Assembly (NCBI GenBank): GCA_964016885.1
Contig: OZ024741.1
Coordinates: 343,852,001 to 343,916,000, forward strand
Origin: Eledone cirrhosa
Taxonomy: Eukaryota
Direction of reading: 5' to 3'
Length of the DNA stretch: 64,000 bases
The notes below the pieces were generated by a model. The model searched no databases, was not told the origin of the DNA, and saw nothing but the letters and a program-made list of their open reading frames with translations. Each line of letters begins with the position of its first letter. The stretch's first letter is position 1. Made by a program: the position numbers and the translations under genes. This document shows, one piece after another, positions 13,593 to 26,964 of the stretch.

Positions 13593-16486
13593 AAAATAAT
13601 GTACCAGTCCAGTGTTGGGATCCATTCTTCCAGTATATCTCTTTCTCATTTCCTCTCTATGTCTCTCTTTCTTTACTCTACAAGAAATTGGCTGTATTGA
13701 GATTTGGGTGGATGATGGACTCTGCTATGTTTAAACAAAATTTCCAAGAAACACCGTATATCACAACAGCGCCCCTACCACTCTACCAGGAATTACATGT
13801 CCATACATACATATTGTAATATAGTTACAATTAGGGTTATGGTTGTGGTATGGGTTGTGGTTTTGTGGTTTTGTGGTTGAGATGATAATGAAAGTTGACT
13901 GCAATACTGACAGGTGTAGTAGCTTTTGTTAGATTTAATACATGGAGAGTGAAATTTGAAGAACATTTACATGATATCTGTGGCAGTTTGAATGTCAGTG
14001 TGGAATCGTCATTGTTCGAGTCTTTGTAGTAGCTGTGATTCTTGTAATTGCTGTGGTAGTAGTTGTTACGCCTGTTATTATTGCTGTTGTTGTTTTCATA
14101 GTGATTGGTTGTATTGTTGATGTTTAACAACAGGTTTACCCCAATTGACCTTGAAGCACATTCCAGCTGCAAACATCATCTCATTTTTAGTTTTCTATGA
14201 ATATATTATCAAATGTATCTTTCCCCTTTTATCAGGCGATAGCTGTGAAGGATTTTACTGTTTTTAATATCAGATAGAATGACCACATAAGGTATCTCTA
14301 ATGTATTTCATATTGGCTGGTCATATTTGTGTCGTTTAGCCGCAGACCAATACAGACATATCAATAGCATCCCAGCAGAGAAAGTGAACATTGCTTTATA
14401 TTTGTAGCATCTAGGACTATATTACCTAATATGGCTTACCACGTATAAGATGATGTGTGGAGGTCTGTTTGAAATCTGTCTGCTATTTCTAGCAGGACAA
14501 GTGCTCGTGTACAGGCACACTCATTGGCGTGTGATATCTGTGTTGGTAAAGGTTGTTGTCTTTATTTTTATACTTAAACAAAAACAAGGCCATATGCTAA
14601 TTAGATTTGTAATATATATGCAACAAATGTATATTTCAATAAATTCAAGGGTCACGTATTACATTGTAGGAAGTATAATATTTTCATCAAATTTAGACAG
14701 TTAAAAATTCCTCCTAGTTGTTTTGGAACAGAACAATGGCATAATATGTTCCTCTAGTTGGAATCTTTAGATTACATGAGGCATTCATATGCCATATTGC
14801 ACATTTCCTATATCTATACCCGACTGAAATCAATATATCACACTTTCTAACAATACTTTAATTAATCTATGAAATACATATGTTTACTTATCTAATGCTT
14901 TCAAAAGTTTTTAACCCTTTTGTTACCATATTTCCAAAGAAAAACACTGCATATCATTTTCAATTAACTCCGAAAACATTCAAGAATCTGAAGGAATTCC
15001 GTAATATAACTTTCTTATCAAGCTGATGTTCACCCGACTGAAATTAATATATCGCACACAATATCACACAGATGAAAGGGTTCGATTCAAACTTGCGTCC
15101 GCCAAGGCCATGTCATTGAATTTGGTTAAATGGAAACTGTGTATATTTATCCGATTGATTATATCTGTATTTCAGACATCCCATCTTGTCAAATATTGTA
15201 TAACGTTGACTCATCTTGGGAATAACGTTAAAAATACACATATTTCTAGATTATTCAGCCATTTATAGATCAATTTAATGAGTCAAACATTCAGTTGGTC
15301 TAACAACTAAATTCTCATCGTCGACAATCACGAAGGATTCATCATAATTTTGCTATTCAATCTGACTGCATTCGTCGTACATTTAGGAGTTTGTTCCTCT
15401 TAAAACTTCACTATTCCTTTTGACTTCCGGGTATGCTTTCGGAATTCAAAATCCATCTAAAGTCTGATTCAATAAAATGAAATATTTGTCCATGGTGCTA
15501 GTTTGGCAGAATTTAAGAGCATTGGATAAAATGCATTACAGATTATTTTCCGGCTCTTTAGAGTTTGAGTGTCCAGTCAGTCGTTGCTAATATGTGTGCA
15601 TCTAATCGACAAGATGGTGTCACATAGAAAATAACCGAGAACAAAAAACGTAAAACCATCTCTGTATTCTCCCATGAAAAAGTATATTGAATATGCTTTC
15701 TGTTGTTTTTTCCAGCTATGTATGTTACGAATGCCCAGGCAAGTGTGAGGAAATTATCAGTTTATAGCCGATAGAATGGCGTCTGGTCAAAATGTACCAG
15801 AAGGAAGGAAACGGGTGCCCACCTTTGTATTCTCCAACGAAAACACCCTCATAAATATTGAGCGTGTATTAAGATAGTCTCTACGGCTTGTTCATAGTAC
15901 TACTAGCAAAAAAACAACGGATGTTTTAGTAAATAGGTGGTTGGTGATCGTGCCAAAGAATTAAATAGAAAGATATTGCTATGTAATAATTTATAATACT
16001 TTTAGGGTTAGAAACAATGCGAATATACATTGACATATGAGTGTATTGTAAATGGCTAGCTATATATTCTACTAGGATGCAATTGTCTCTGTTTTTAATA
16101 CACCTATACGGACGGAATCAATTGCTGAACGAAGGAAATTGTATATCAGAAAAACTGCATTTAAAGAATTCCCAGAGATAGTAAAAATAAAATATAAAAA
16201 CATTACCAACGCTGGAATAAAATAATGTTAAATCACCACGAAAAAATACCTTAACTCTATTGGGATATAGATAAACAGTATAATAGTTCTGATAATCACA
16301 CGAACCGAGGAATAAATGGAAGACCCTTTTAAAGTAATATATGGGATAATAAAAAAAAAAACAGAACGTAACGAGAGGCCAGTCTCTGCTTAATAAAACA
16401 TAAATACAACACAATAATTAACCATGTGTAAAGTTAGACAGACATAAGGGAAATAGAAATACTAACGTATTTAAATCATCTTTTCT

Positions 16487-16536
<50 letters not shown>

Positions 16537-16982
16537 GTGTGTGTGTATAAATGTATGTATATGTGTTTGTGAGTATATTTATATACTCTCAAACATACAC
16601 ACACACACTTATATATATATATATATATATACGTAAGGGTTTATTTATTATTTACAACATTACCTTAAACGATACCTTGTTATCCTATATATATATATAT
16701 GTAGGAAAAGTGTCAGGACCCTCACGGCTGAGCTCCGGATGTTTCGATATATATATAGTTTATCTCGGGAATTTTATCCGTACTAGGCAGAAATAGATAT
16801 GTAGTTTAGGATGGTTTTCCGAAGGGAATTTGAATAGAACCACATTTAAATAAGGAACCGCATACGTTAGGAGAAAAGAAGCATATTTATTTTATTATTT
16901 CATACATAAATGACTCCTACAGGGCTGGAAATTCTTCATACGACTGAAGCAGTTCTAGTCTTGTAGAAGTCATTTCTATATA

Positions 16983-17555
<573 letters not shown>

Positions 17556-17576
17556 TGCTATTGCAGAGCACCAATC

Positions 17577-17634
<58 letters not shown>

Positions 17635-17822
17635 GGAGCTATATTTAATTTGTTCGGATTCCAACAAACTTAAAAGTTTATAACTGATATAGAGTACTCA
17701 ACAGTTAACTGGAGTAAATATTCAAAAATACAAATATTCAGAAAATCTTTCTCTATCCAGCGAATGTTCAACCGTCAAGGTTGTTTTCCACGGTTATGTC
17801 ACTATTTATGAAACAAATTTTG

Positions 17823-17887
17823 TATTTTATCTGATGAAAGCGCACCAAGACTGCCTTGGTTGCCCTTGCAATATATATAATAAAATA
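17823..17887 (+). ncRNA. Degenerate minimal hammerhead (GAAA changed to GCAA)
   Basis: tattttat-CTGATGA-aag..accaag actgc cttggt..ctt-GCAA-TATATA-TA-ataaaata; same layout as the HHR at 1680. Confidence 0.6.
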
Positions 17888-18091
17888 ATTATCGTTTTAT
17901 AAATATAGTTTCCATTTATTAATATATTGATTATATATATATATATATATAATATTAAGGATACTATTTATGGTTATGTATATACTAAAACTTTTTATAC
18001 TTATATATATTTTAAACCCTAAACAGTGAAGGTCAGTAATTTATTACTACCTTATTACCAAGCCTAGGTTGTGCTGAAACAATTGTAAGTG

Positions 18092-18126
<35 letters not shown>

Positions 18127-18519
18127 TACCCACGAATACACATATATACACGGGCAAAATTTGCAAAACTTCTTTTCTTCTATGATGAGTACGTGCACAC
18201 AAAGAAAAAAAGAAGGGGAAGGAGTGACATACTCTACACCTAGGTCAGAGTGGTTGCAGATAATGGTATATATTACCTCATCTAAATTACAGATAATTAT
18301 TTTCCTCACAAAGTCTTCCCCATCTATGGTGCCATTGCTAAATCCTACAGCCACAATATTTGCCGCAAATACTAAACCCTGTAATATTACCATCATGTAC
18401 GGAATCAGAATTTTAATATGAGTCTTATTTAGATTATTTATAACAATGCTTCCATATTTAAACATAAGGATAGCAATGTTATAAGTGTGAAATGACGCTT
18501 ATTTAAGACTATTCAACAG

Positions 18520-18810
18520 AATTCGTAATATAATAGACTTGTCTCCCCACAGCCCCGGCGGACAGAACGGAGAAGGCGAATCCTGGGAGGACGGCAAAGG
18601 AGACGCGCTGGAAAAGCCACTCCATCTCGCGGGGTTCACACCTGCGGCTGGCCAGCTCAGCGCCTATGGTGGCGAGTAGGGAGGTAGCCCTAGGGCCGAA
18701 GACACCAGAAGTCTCCACTGCCAAGGGTACAACCGCAATCCTGTTGGAGAGCGACCGGTCTTTGAGGACTTTGGCCTTCTCAGCCCGACGTGCAACAGAA
18801 CCTAGGGTAG
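18520..18810 (-). mobile_element. 3' fragment of a CRE-type (RLE) non-LTR retrotransposon
   Basis: VVPLAVETSGVFGPRATSLL..IG...WLFQRVSFAV..GFAFSVL motif. Confidence 0.75.
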
Positions 18811-19391
18811 AAGAATCAGAATTTAATTAGAAAACTCAGAATAACAGAAGAGTATTCTAAATCATATAATATATATATATATATATATATTATTTTCTAC
18901 AATGGTATTCAAGATACTTCACTCCTGATTGTAAATCCAATACACACATATATATATATATGAGGGTGCGTGTGTGTGTGTTTATACACATACATACATG
19001 CATATAGAAACACAGACCCGCATTCAAATACAGACACAGATATGCCCTTTCTATTTAGAAATTTGACAATCACTTGACCTAAGCTGTTATAATTAGGCCC
19101 CATGTCTCTACGCTCAGGTGTGAGTTATTTACGCAGGTGTAAATTCCTATTCATTGATTATTTAAAAGAAACAACTCTATTAAAGGTCAAATCCTATTGA
19201 GATTTACATAATGCTCTTCCGTTTCTATTCACTAAAAAAACATATTTTTCTTTCTTTTCCTCTATCAAAGTTTTATGACGCCAGCGTCCCTGTATTGTTA
19301 TTATTGTTGTTGTTTAGCCCCCAATCAAACTATGTTGAAAACTATTCCAGTTATGACTAACTGGTATATCTAGCACTATATTATCATATTA

Positions 19392-19583
19392 GGGCAGTGG
19401 ATTGGTAGTATCGGTAGGGCCTCAGCCACCATTCTTTTTAGCATAGAGTTATGGCCCTTTATATTCTGATTTTAAATCCTGCCGAGGCTGGCTTTGCCTT
19501 TCATCCTTACAGGATCGATAAAATAAAGCACCAGTAATGCATTGAGGTAATTGCTGGCCTTGTGCCAAAAGTAGAAACAATTA
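19392..19583 (+). mobile_element. tRNA-derived SINE copy
   Basis: Same head, core and tail as the other copies. Confidence 0.85.
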
Positions 19584-19691
19584 TGTTATATTAACTTACA
19601 TATTTTTACAAATGGTATCATATTTCTGAAAACTGTCCCACTTCTTTCTTTGGTTCACTATCTATTTCATTATTGTAACATCATACATACA

Positions 19692-19722
<31 letters not shown>

Positions 19723-19756
19723 CATACATACATACATACATACATACATACATACG

Positions 19757-21910
19757 GATACGCGACAACTTAGGAGGAATATGGCTACAGTCTGGCTTTC
19801 GATTCTGTTCCCCATTCTTGGATTATAGAGACCCTCCTACTTGTTAAATCCCAGACATTATTATCAGAGCCTTAGAGAAGCTGTCTTCTTCTTGGGCTAC
19901 TATCCTAAAGTTAAAGACAAAGAAGGAGGACTCTATTTTCACTGATAAAATAAAATATCACAGGGGTATATTTCAGGGAGACAGTCTATCTGCGATATTA
20001 TTCATCCTGTTATTAAACCCCTTGTCCTTTCTGCTCAAGAAATGTGAAGGATTCATCATTGGCTCACAGGAGGATAGAAATACGAACCTAACCTATAATT
20101 TCTTTGTGGATGATCTGAAACTCTATGCCAAGAACATGGATGGGATAATAACAAATCTTGACCTGGTTACAACATTCTCAAAGGATATAGGAATGGAGTT
20201 TGACCAAGATAAATGCTCATATATGACTGTAAATCGGGGAAAAACAACAACCCAATGTAGCCATATTTGAATCAATGGCCTAACTGTTTCACCAATATCT
20301 AATGTGAACTGCTACAGATACCTGGGGATTGATGAGAACATATACTATAATGGTATCTGTAATAAGCAACGCGTAACCAGGGAATACTACACCCGATTAA
20401 GAAAGATATGGTCATCGGAACTCTCTCCGAAAAAAAAAAACAGTGGCTCACAATGTGTTTGCTGTGATTGTCCTAACACCAACTTTTGGAATACTCAATT
20501 GGGCGATAGACGAAACCCGAGCAATTGATGTTGGAACTCGAAAAATACTCAACAACGCCGAAAACTTCCACATCAACAGTGACATAGACCGCCTTTATTT
20601 GAAACGTAAGCAGGGAGGGAGAGGCCTAACATCAGTCCAGACAACATTTGAATGTCACATCATATGCCCCCCCCCCCCGGCAACATCTACGAACCTCAAA
20701 ACGCAGGAACCCGTGTCTCGAGCAAGTCTATCTGCATGAAAGAGATATGATCATGAGAGTTGGGAAGGAACTCCTCGAGAGGTATTCCTTGTGTGATAAG
20801 CAAAACCTCACACCCAGAGTAGTCGCTCGGCAGTATCGCAGTGAATCCATGGATGAAAATCTGCATGCTAATCAGCAAAAATCATGCATGTGTATGTTGC
20901 CAGGAAGCTCCAGAGTGAGAGTAATATAGATAAGGAAAGTAGTCTATCTTGGACCAACAACCTCTATATTGGCTCCCACTTTGAAGGATACGCTTTTGCA
21001 ATCCAAGAAAAGGAGATTAACACGAAATACCTGATTCACAAAAGAGATAGGGATGCAGGCAAAACACCTAGATGTGATAACAAGTGCAGACTCTGCAGAA
21101 TTAACATAGAAGATGTCACCCATGTTATAAGCAGCTTTCCAAAGATGTCATCGCGGTATTATCTACCTATGAGCCATGATGTAGCGGCCAAAACACTGTA
21201 CGAAGCAATCTGTAGAAACGATAGCCCCGATAATAAACACATTAAAAGTTACAGCAATGTGAAAGACATATATAAACATAATATGAAAGAGTGCTGGTGG
21301 AATGTTCCAGTAAAACCCCAATAAAATGCAGGCATAACAGACCTGATATTATGATGTGGGACAGGGAAAAGAAGGCATGTACAGTAGTGGAAGTTAGCTG
21401 CCCAGCAGATGCCAATATAATATCAAAGATTAGCGAAAAGGAGAATATTTATGCAGAACTGGTGAGAAATCTGCAGATACTACACCCTGATTACACATTC
21501 AGATTTATGCCTGTGATTATTGGGGCACTGTGGTATGTTAGTAACTGTCTCAATACAAATCTTGAGAAGCTAGGCTTCACAGGAACAGAAAGTACGCAAC
21601 TAGTTAGGAAATTACAAGCACAATCCGTTAATGGAACAGTAAAAATATGTAAAACATTCCAAAAATGTTGCATCTAATACTTTATATACACATGTACAGA
21701 TACTAATCATATACACATGCACACATACAACTCAAAACATCCACATCCACACATACAATAATATCAATATCTACACATGCAGACATGCAAACATATCTAC
21801 CTAGTTGATGTTGTGTAAATTCCAATGAGAGAGTCTTGTGTCTATGTTAGAAACCGACTCTCTTTCTATTGGAAACAATTTGTGAAATTATAAACCCAGA
21901 AGAACATACA
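19757..21910 (+). mobile_element. 5'-truncated, frameshifted R4/Dong-clade non-LTR retrotransposon (RT, CCHC finger, RLE) in a (TACA)n tract
   Basis: GIFQGDSLS, FFVDDLKLY, YRYLG, DRLYLKRKQGGRGL, CRLCRINIEDVTHVISS, RPDIMMWDREKKACTVVEVSCP; (TACA)n on both flanks. Confidence 0.85.
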
Positions 21911-21945
21911 TAAATAAATACATACATACCTACATACATATGCAC

Positions 21946-21982
<37 letters not shown>

Positions 21983-21987
<5 letters not shown>

Positions 21988-22547
21988 AAATATAGAGAAA
22001 AATACTGCAGGTAGCACATGGATAACATGTAATAAAATGAGTCCCTCATCAGTGATTTACCGACGATCATAGATATTTCATTGCATTAAAAATCATATAC
22101 CTCACGTCGGTGCAATAATAACCAAAATAAGTTATTAGGACAATTAAAACGCGTAAAGCGAGTGAGACAGGAGAACAACGAAGAGTAAGGCTAACCAGGG
22201 GAAAGAAACAAGCTTCAAAAATTATTCTGTTTAGCATAAGCTAGGTGAATATATGAGCGCTTTTAGGACAGACCCGACACGAGCGAAGGCTATGTGAGAG
22301 AGAAAAATAACCTTCGTGGTGTACAGGATGAAATGAAGAGAAGAGAGAAAAACAGTGAGTGAGTGAAAGTGTGAGGAAGAGTTAACTGACATGACAGAGG
22401 GGGAGAAACAAACAGAGAGAATGGGGGAACAGTAAGAGAGAGAGAAAAAAACACAGAATCGCAGTGGTAAATATATGTAATAAAATATAGAGAAAAATAC
22501 TGCAGGTAGCACATGGATAACATGAAATAAAATGAGTCCCTCATCAG
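21983..22547 (-). mobile_element. Non-coding element with ~70-bp direct terminal repeats (495-bp period); probable PLE pLTR partial tandem
   Basis: taataaaatatagagaaaaatactgcagg...gagtccctcatcagt at 21983 and 22478; abuts (TA)n. Confidence 0.65.
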
Positions 22548-23101
22548 TTGGGGAGGGTCATATTTGTGTAATATTGCCAGAATTAATAACAGAACACACT
22601 CACTGTTTGGTTGCTTTTCGCTTCTCGCTGTCTTTTATATCTGCGATCTAACTTAATCGGTCCTCAATGTTGCCATTGACTGACCGACGGTCAAAAATAA
22701 TACAGATACAATATAGACACAAACACATATATATAGTTTACATAATTTACATAAATCTTTCGTTGCACATCTGCAACATCGTCAGTGGTGTTATATTTTT
22801 TCCTCCTGTTGTGTTGTATGTCTACGCCATTTTTTATTCAGTCTGTCTATATATTTATTTATTTATTTGCTTGTTTGTTTATTTTATTTTGTCTTCTTTG
22901 CGCATGCGTTTGCGTGTGTGTACAGTGCTGTGTGTGCTGTGTGACTAGTGTGTATAGTGTTGTTTCTGCTGGGTGACACGAAAACCAACCAAACAGTGAG
23001 TGTGTTCTGTTATTAATTCTGGCAATATTACACAAATATGACCCTCCCCAAGTATAACAATATTTGTTTCGACACACGATTTCATATAAAAAACCTCGCT
23101 A

Positions 23102-23105
<4 letters not shown>
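22548..23105. mobile_element. pLTR-type fragment with an inverted arm (22548-22620 vs 22980-23050); same family as 44512-45210
   Basis: High identity to 44570-44990; the inverted arm ends cctcgctaaact followed by (TA)n; HHR core on - at 22742-22794. Confidence 0.8.
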
Positions 23106-23148
<43 letters not shown>

Positions 23149-23227
23149 CATATACACAAACATACATCCATACACTCACATACATACATATATACACACA
23201 TACATGCACACATACATACATATACAC

Positions 23228-24465
23228 ATGGTGGCTGCCAACTCGTTTTCGAGTACGGCCACTACTTTATATGCATGTAGGAGAACCCCTACCGATGCGC
23301 TGAACAAGTGTGACTTTTTAGTCCAGCCAGCGACTTGAAAACTCTGGTACAAACACTACACTTGTGACAATTATTGACACATAGTGCTGGGCCCATGGTA
23401 CCATGTGACGACAAGTGCAGAGAGATCTCCAAATATAAAGCAATGCCTGTGCCGTGAAGCTTTTATAGTGAGCAAAGGCACTGCACAAAGCCAGTCCCAC
23501 TTTCTTAACCAAGATGATATTTACCAAAAATAAGAACAAGTCAACATCATTGGATACCATCAGGGTTGCAGATGTTATATCAGAGTTTTCCTTCTCCTAG
23601 AACTCTGGCTTGACAAAGGCTAAGGGGTCATCTCTCCCGGTGATTTTGGATGGCCATTGACTCTTAAGAGCTCCTTTGCCCTTTGACAGGTTTTGTTTTT
23701 AGTCCTGCAGGATGTCCAAAGTCACCCTCCTCACCAAGAAACCTTGTTGGGGTTGCCAGTTTAGTCGCCAACGACCCGACCATGAGACAGGTTGTACTGG
23801 GATACATGTTACCAGTAGCACCAAGTGGTGGCAGATACACATAATACATACATGGTGGTTGCCAACTCGTTTTCGAGTACGGCCACTACTACATATCCAT
23901 GTAGGAGAACCCCTACCGATGCGCTGAACGAATGTGACTCTTTAGTCCAGCTAGCGAATTGAAAACTCTGGTAGAAACACTACACTTGTGACAATTATTG
24001 ACACATAGTGCTGGGCCCATGGTACCATGTGACAACAAGCACAGAGAGATCTCCAGATATAAAGCAATGCCTGTGTCGTGAAGCTTTTATAGTGAGCAAA
24101 GGCACTGCACAAAGCCAGTCCCACTCTCTTAACCAAGATGATATTTACCAAAAAGAAGAACAAATCAACATCATTGGATACCATCAGGGTTGCAGGTGTT
24201 ATATCAGAGTTTTCCTTCTCCTAGAATTCTGCCTTGATAAAGGCTAAGGGGTCATCTCTTCCGGTGATTTTGGATGACCATTGGCTCTTAAGAGCTCCTT
24301 TGCCCTTTGACAGGTTTTGTTTTTAGTCCTGCAGAATGTCCAAAGTCACCCTCCTCACCAAGAAACCTTGGTGGGGTTGCCAGTTTAGTCACCAACGACC
24401 CGACCATGAGACAGGTTGTACTGGGATACATGTTACCAGTCGCACCAACTGGTGACCTGACGAAC
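23228..24465 (-). mobile_element. Head-to-tail dimer of a ~624-bp non-coding retroposon in (TACA)n
   Basis: Units at 23228-23850 and 23851-24465; diverged relatives at 31965-32455 (+) and 41398-41640. Confidence 0.85.
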
Positions 24466-24536
24466 ATACATACATACATACATACATACATACATACATA
24501 CATACATACATACATACATACATACATACATACATA

Positions 24537-25975
24537 CACTATTATCAGAGAAATAGTGAACCTATCTTCTTGGGCTACTAAAACCAGAGAAGGAGGATTC
24601 TATTTTCACTGGTAAAATAGAATATCTCTCTGTGTTACTATTTGTTCTCTCTTTAAATCCCTTGTCCTTTCTGCTCAAGACATGAGAAAAATGCATCATT
24701 GGCTCACGGGAGGACATGAATACAAACCTAACTCATAATTTCTTTGTGGGTGACCTAGAACATTATGCCAAGAACATAAATAGGATGAAGAAAAACCTTG
24801 ACCTGTTTACGAGATTCTCAAAAGATATAGGAATGGAGTTTGGTCAGGATATTTGATTGTAAAACAGGGGGAAAACACAAGTCAATCTAGCAAAATTATT
24901 ATCAATGCCTAACTGTTTCACCGATATCTGACGAGGACTACTACAGATACCGAAGGATAGATGAGAATATATCTTATGGTGGTATTTGTAGCAAGGAACG
25001 CGAAAGCAGGGAATATTACACCCAATTAAGAAAAATATGGTCTTTTGAAATCTCTACGCACAATAAATTAATGGCCCACAATGTGTTTGCTTTGTCAGTC
25101 CTTACACCAACGTTTGGAATACTCGATTGGATGACAGTTGAAATTCTAGCTATTGTTGTTAAAACCAGAAAAATCCCAAACAACACTGGAAACTTCCACA
25201 TCAACAGAAATATAGACCGCCTCTACTTGAAACGTAATCAGGGAGGCAGAGACCTAACATCAGTCCAAACAGCACTTGAGTGCCGCATCATACCCTCCGA
25301 CAACATCTATAAACAATCAAGCGCAGGAGTCCATTTATTGAGCAAGTCTGTCTACATGAGACAGATAAGATCATGACAGTTGGGAAGTAACTCCTTGAGA
25401 AATACTCCCTGCATGATAATCAAAAACTCACACCCAAGGAAATTGTCCAGCAATACCGCAGTGGAACGATAAATGGAAAACTGAATGCGTATCATCAAAA
25501 TATCATGCATGGCTATGTTGCCAGGAAGCTCCAGAATGAGAGTAATATAGATAAAGTACCAACAACCGCTATATTGGCTCCTTCTTTGAAGGATATGATT
25601 TTTCAATCCAACAACAGGAAATTAATACAAAATTCCTGATTCATAAAAGAGAAAGGGATGCAGGGAAAACAGCTAGATGTGACAACAAATGCAGACCCTG
25701 CAGAATTAACATGGACGATGTCACCCATGTCATAAGCAGCTGTCCAAAGATGTCATCGCGGTACTATTTACCTACGAGGCATGATATAGTGACCAAAACA
25801 CTATATAATGCACGCAATAGAAACGATAGCCCCGATAATAAACATATCAAAATTTATAGAAATGTGGAAGATATTTACAATCATAAAATGAAAGAGTACT
25901 GGTGGAATGTTCCAGTCAAATCACAATAACATGTAAGCATAACCAGATATAGTGAAAAGGAACACATCTATAAAT
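24537..25975 (+). mobile_element. Second, more decayed R4/Dong copy
   Basis: AHNVFALSVLTPTFGILDW, DRLYLKRNQGGRDL, DDVTHVISSCPKMSSRYYLP; colinear with 19857-21340; starts after (TACA)n. Confidence 0.85.
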
Positions 25976-26777
25976 GGGTTGGCCACGTTTCAGAGACGAT
26001 AGATGGATTACTAGAGTGAAAGTGTACGCAAAGGCAGTGGAGAAAAAAACAAAGAGCGATCAAAGGCTAGATGTCGCAATGATCTGTCCCGATAACTCGG
26101 CCTCACATTGCCCAATATAGCCAGAAATAAGAAGCGGTGGGGGTCACGCAAGGCGGGATTCCTCCTACAGAATTGCGAATGCCCTGGATTTTGAATTTTG
26201 GACTAAAAATACACAAGAATAAACTAATTAATGAAATATGCGTAATACAGAAGACGAAGTGTGTGAATATATCCCTACAAACTGAATTAAAGCTAATACA
26301 ATATGGCAGGTTCAATTTGCGAAACACTTTCCCTACATATCGTCTTAGATAGTCTTTCCTTAAATTCACTCGGAGCTTTATATGAAAGGAACTGGATATA
26401 CTTAAATATCTACCACATAGATAAACAAAAACATATATATGATATACATATATACAAACATGCATACGTACACTCATGAATACATACATACATACTTACA
26501 TACATACATACAATCATACCTATATAGATACATACGTACATACATACCTATATATATCTCCAATCTCTTCTTTGTTAATGATCTGAAATTCTACAAGAGG
26601 CCGAATGGGATTTCCCTGAAAGATCTTCGGAATAACGTTACTCGACAGAGTGTGTAACTCGGAGATCAGAGAACTGCCCCAAGCAGTGTCGCTACTTCTT
26701 CGAATTGAGAGATAGCATTAGTCCTTAAATAATTTCCTCACTCTATGTAAAAATTCCTTGTTACGTACCATTAATCT

Positions 26778-26964
26778 TGTGGATTGGCAGTATCGGTAGA
26801 GGGTAGGACACTATGTTTTGACGCATAGAGTTACGGCCCTTGCCATTCTGAGTTCAAATCCCGCTGAGGTTGACTTTGCCTTTCATCCTTACGGGGTCGA
26901 TAAAATAAAGTACCAGTAATATACTGGGTAATTTGCTGGCCTTGTGCCTAAAGTAGAAACAATT
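26778..26964 (+). mobile_element. tRNA-derived SINE copy
   Basis: A and B boxes, core and tail intact. Confidence 0.88.

Noticed and set aside
18094-18465. 123-aa ORF as a host exon or RT relic
   Set aside because: No recognisable motif; runs into (TA)n.
26778-26880. tRNA gene
   Set aside because: The A and B boxes belong to the SINE head; no cloverleaf, and the SINE core follows.
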